The notes beneath the pieces were generated by a model, which saw nothing but the letters and a program-made list of their open reading frames with translations, was not told the DNA's origin and made no database searches. From an uncultured delta proteobacterium (GTDB lineage Bacteria; Desulfobacterota; Binatia; Binatales; Binataceae), in NCBI GenBank assembly GCA_963808235.1, contig CAWEEQ010000004.1:3104001-3168000 (forward strand): a stretch of 64,000 bases of DNA, given 5' to 3'. The translations under genes and the position numbers were made by a program. The stretch's first letter is position 1; each line of letters starts with the position of its first letter. Below are positions 63,250-64,000 of the stretch, one piece after another.

Positions 63250-63936
63250 TCACCTCCAGAACGACACGACGGTGCCCAACACGAGGAACGCGACCACCAG
63301 CGCACCGGCCGCCAGAAGGAATCCGATCAGCACGGTCAAAAATGCGCGCCATGCGGAGAATCGATGCACTTCGCCAAGACACTTGAACGATACGATCCAC
63401 CACCACAGCGTTAGCGGCGCGGAAATAATTATCGACGGCAGCATCGAACGCCAGTAGGCCAGCGCGGTATGCATCGTCACGAGCGCCGGAGGTTGGTGGG
63501 GTGGCGGGAGCAGAAATCCAATTGCGAGATTGACGAGGGCTATCGGGACAGTCACCACAGAAGCCCAGGCGATGGCGGCGCGAACTTCCACCGCCTTCGC
63601 AGTGCCGCCGAGCAGCGACCCGGTCCATCGAAGCAACGCGCCGTTGATATACAGGAATGGGACCGCCAGCAGCGGCCATGCGGCGAGCGTCCAGAGTTTC
63701 ATCAACTGTGCGGAATGGGGCGCCATCGCCGGAATTGGCTTGCCCGCGATTGTGAAAGCGGTGGGGTTGTAATTGTTGCCGTGAATAGCGTTCGCTATTG
63801 CGACGATCACCGCCGTGATGAGCACGATTGCTATGACCCGATCTCTCGGGTCGCGATCGACGATCGTGCGGATAGTGGCGCGCGGGCGGATGCAAATGCT
63901 TACGTATGGCGAATCAGTCCAGTTGGCCGGCTCCAT
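63250..63936 (-). CDS. Yip1 family membrane protein
   Basis: IRPRATIR, WTGSLLGG, EVRAAIAWA, LGEVHRFSAWRA. Confidence 0.82.
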   Translation of the reverse strand: MEPANWTDSPYVSICIRPRATIRTIVDRDPRDRVIAIVLITAVIVAIANAIHGNNYNPTAFTIAGKPIPAMAPHSAQLMKLWTLAAWPLLAVPFLYINGALLRWTGSLLGGTAKAVEVRAAIAWASVVTVPIALVNLAIGFLLPPPHQPPALVTMHTALAYWRSMLPSIIISAPLTLWWWIVSFKCLGEVHRFSAWRAFLTVLIGFLLAAGALVVAFLVLGTVVSFWR

Positions 63937-64000
63937 CGAATGCTCCCCCTCTCATTTTTTTGCAGGCGCTTCGCGATACGGCAGCGCCTTGCGATAAAGA

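Overview
GC-rich bacterial chromosomal segment. Gene content and style suggest a deltaproteobacteria-like lineage such as Candidatus Binatota; this is inference only. It is mostly housekeeping and metabolic: GH38 mannosidase, acyl-CoA carboxylase, Moco genes, ispH, BtuFCD-like ABC transporter, fused ETF, family-B DNA polymerase, rpoD, sulfatase, FadF-like oxidoreductase, tlyA/xseAB/bioD/ctpA/lgt/dtd/trmL and a HigBA-type TA pair. No rRNA, tRNA, CRISPR array, integrase or transposase was recognised. Many genes carry single-base frameshifts, densest at about 47-53 kb, most likely long-read consensus errors. Highlights: (1) a chimeric protein at 57943-59085 (small helical N-domain, then a Lon substrate-binding domain with an RNA polymerase alpha-CTD inserted in it) preceded by a pseudoknot-like leader that occludes the RBS; (2) intergenic clusters of REP-like palindromic elements with tandem expansions, 229-bp direct repeats around an ASCH gene, and strand-specific G depletion in neighbouring coding DNA; (3) a TylF methyltransferase gene bounded by a diverged duplicate of the tlpA 3' end; (4) a secreted CC-x5-CC-x4-CC peptide operon not called separately in the ORF track. 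All family assignments are from motif recognition by eye, not database searches.
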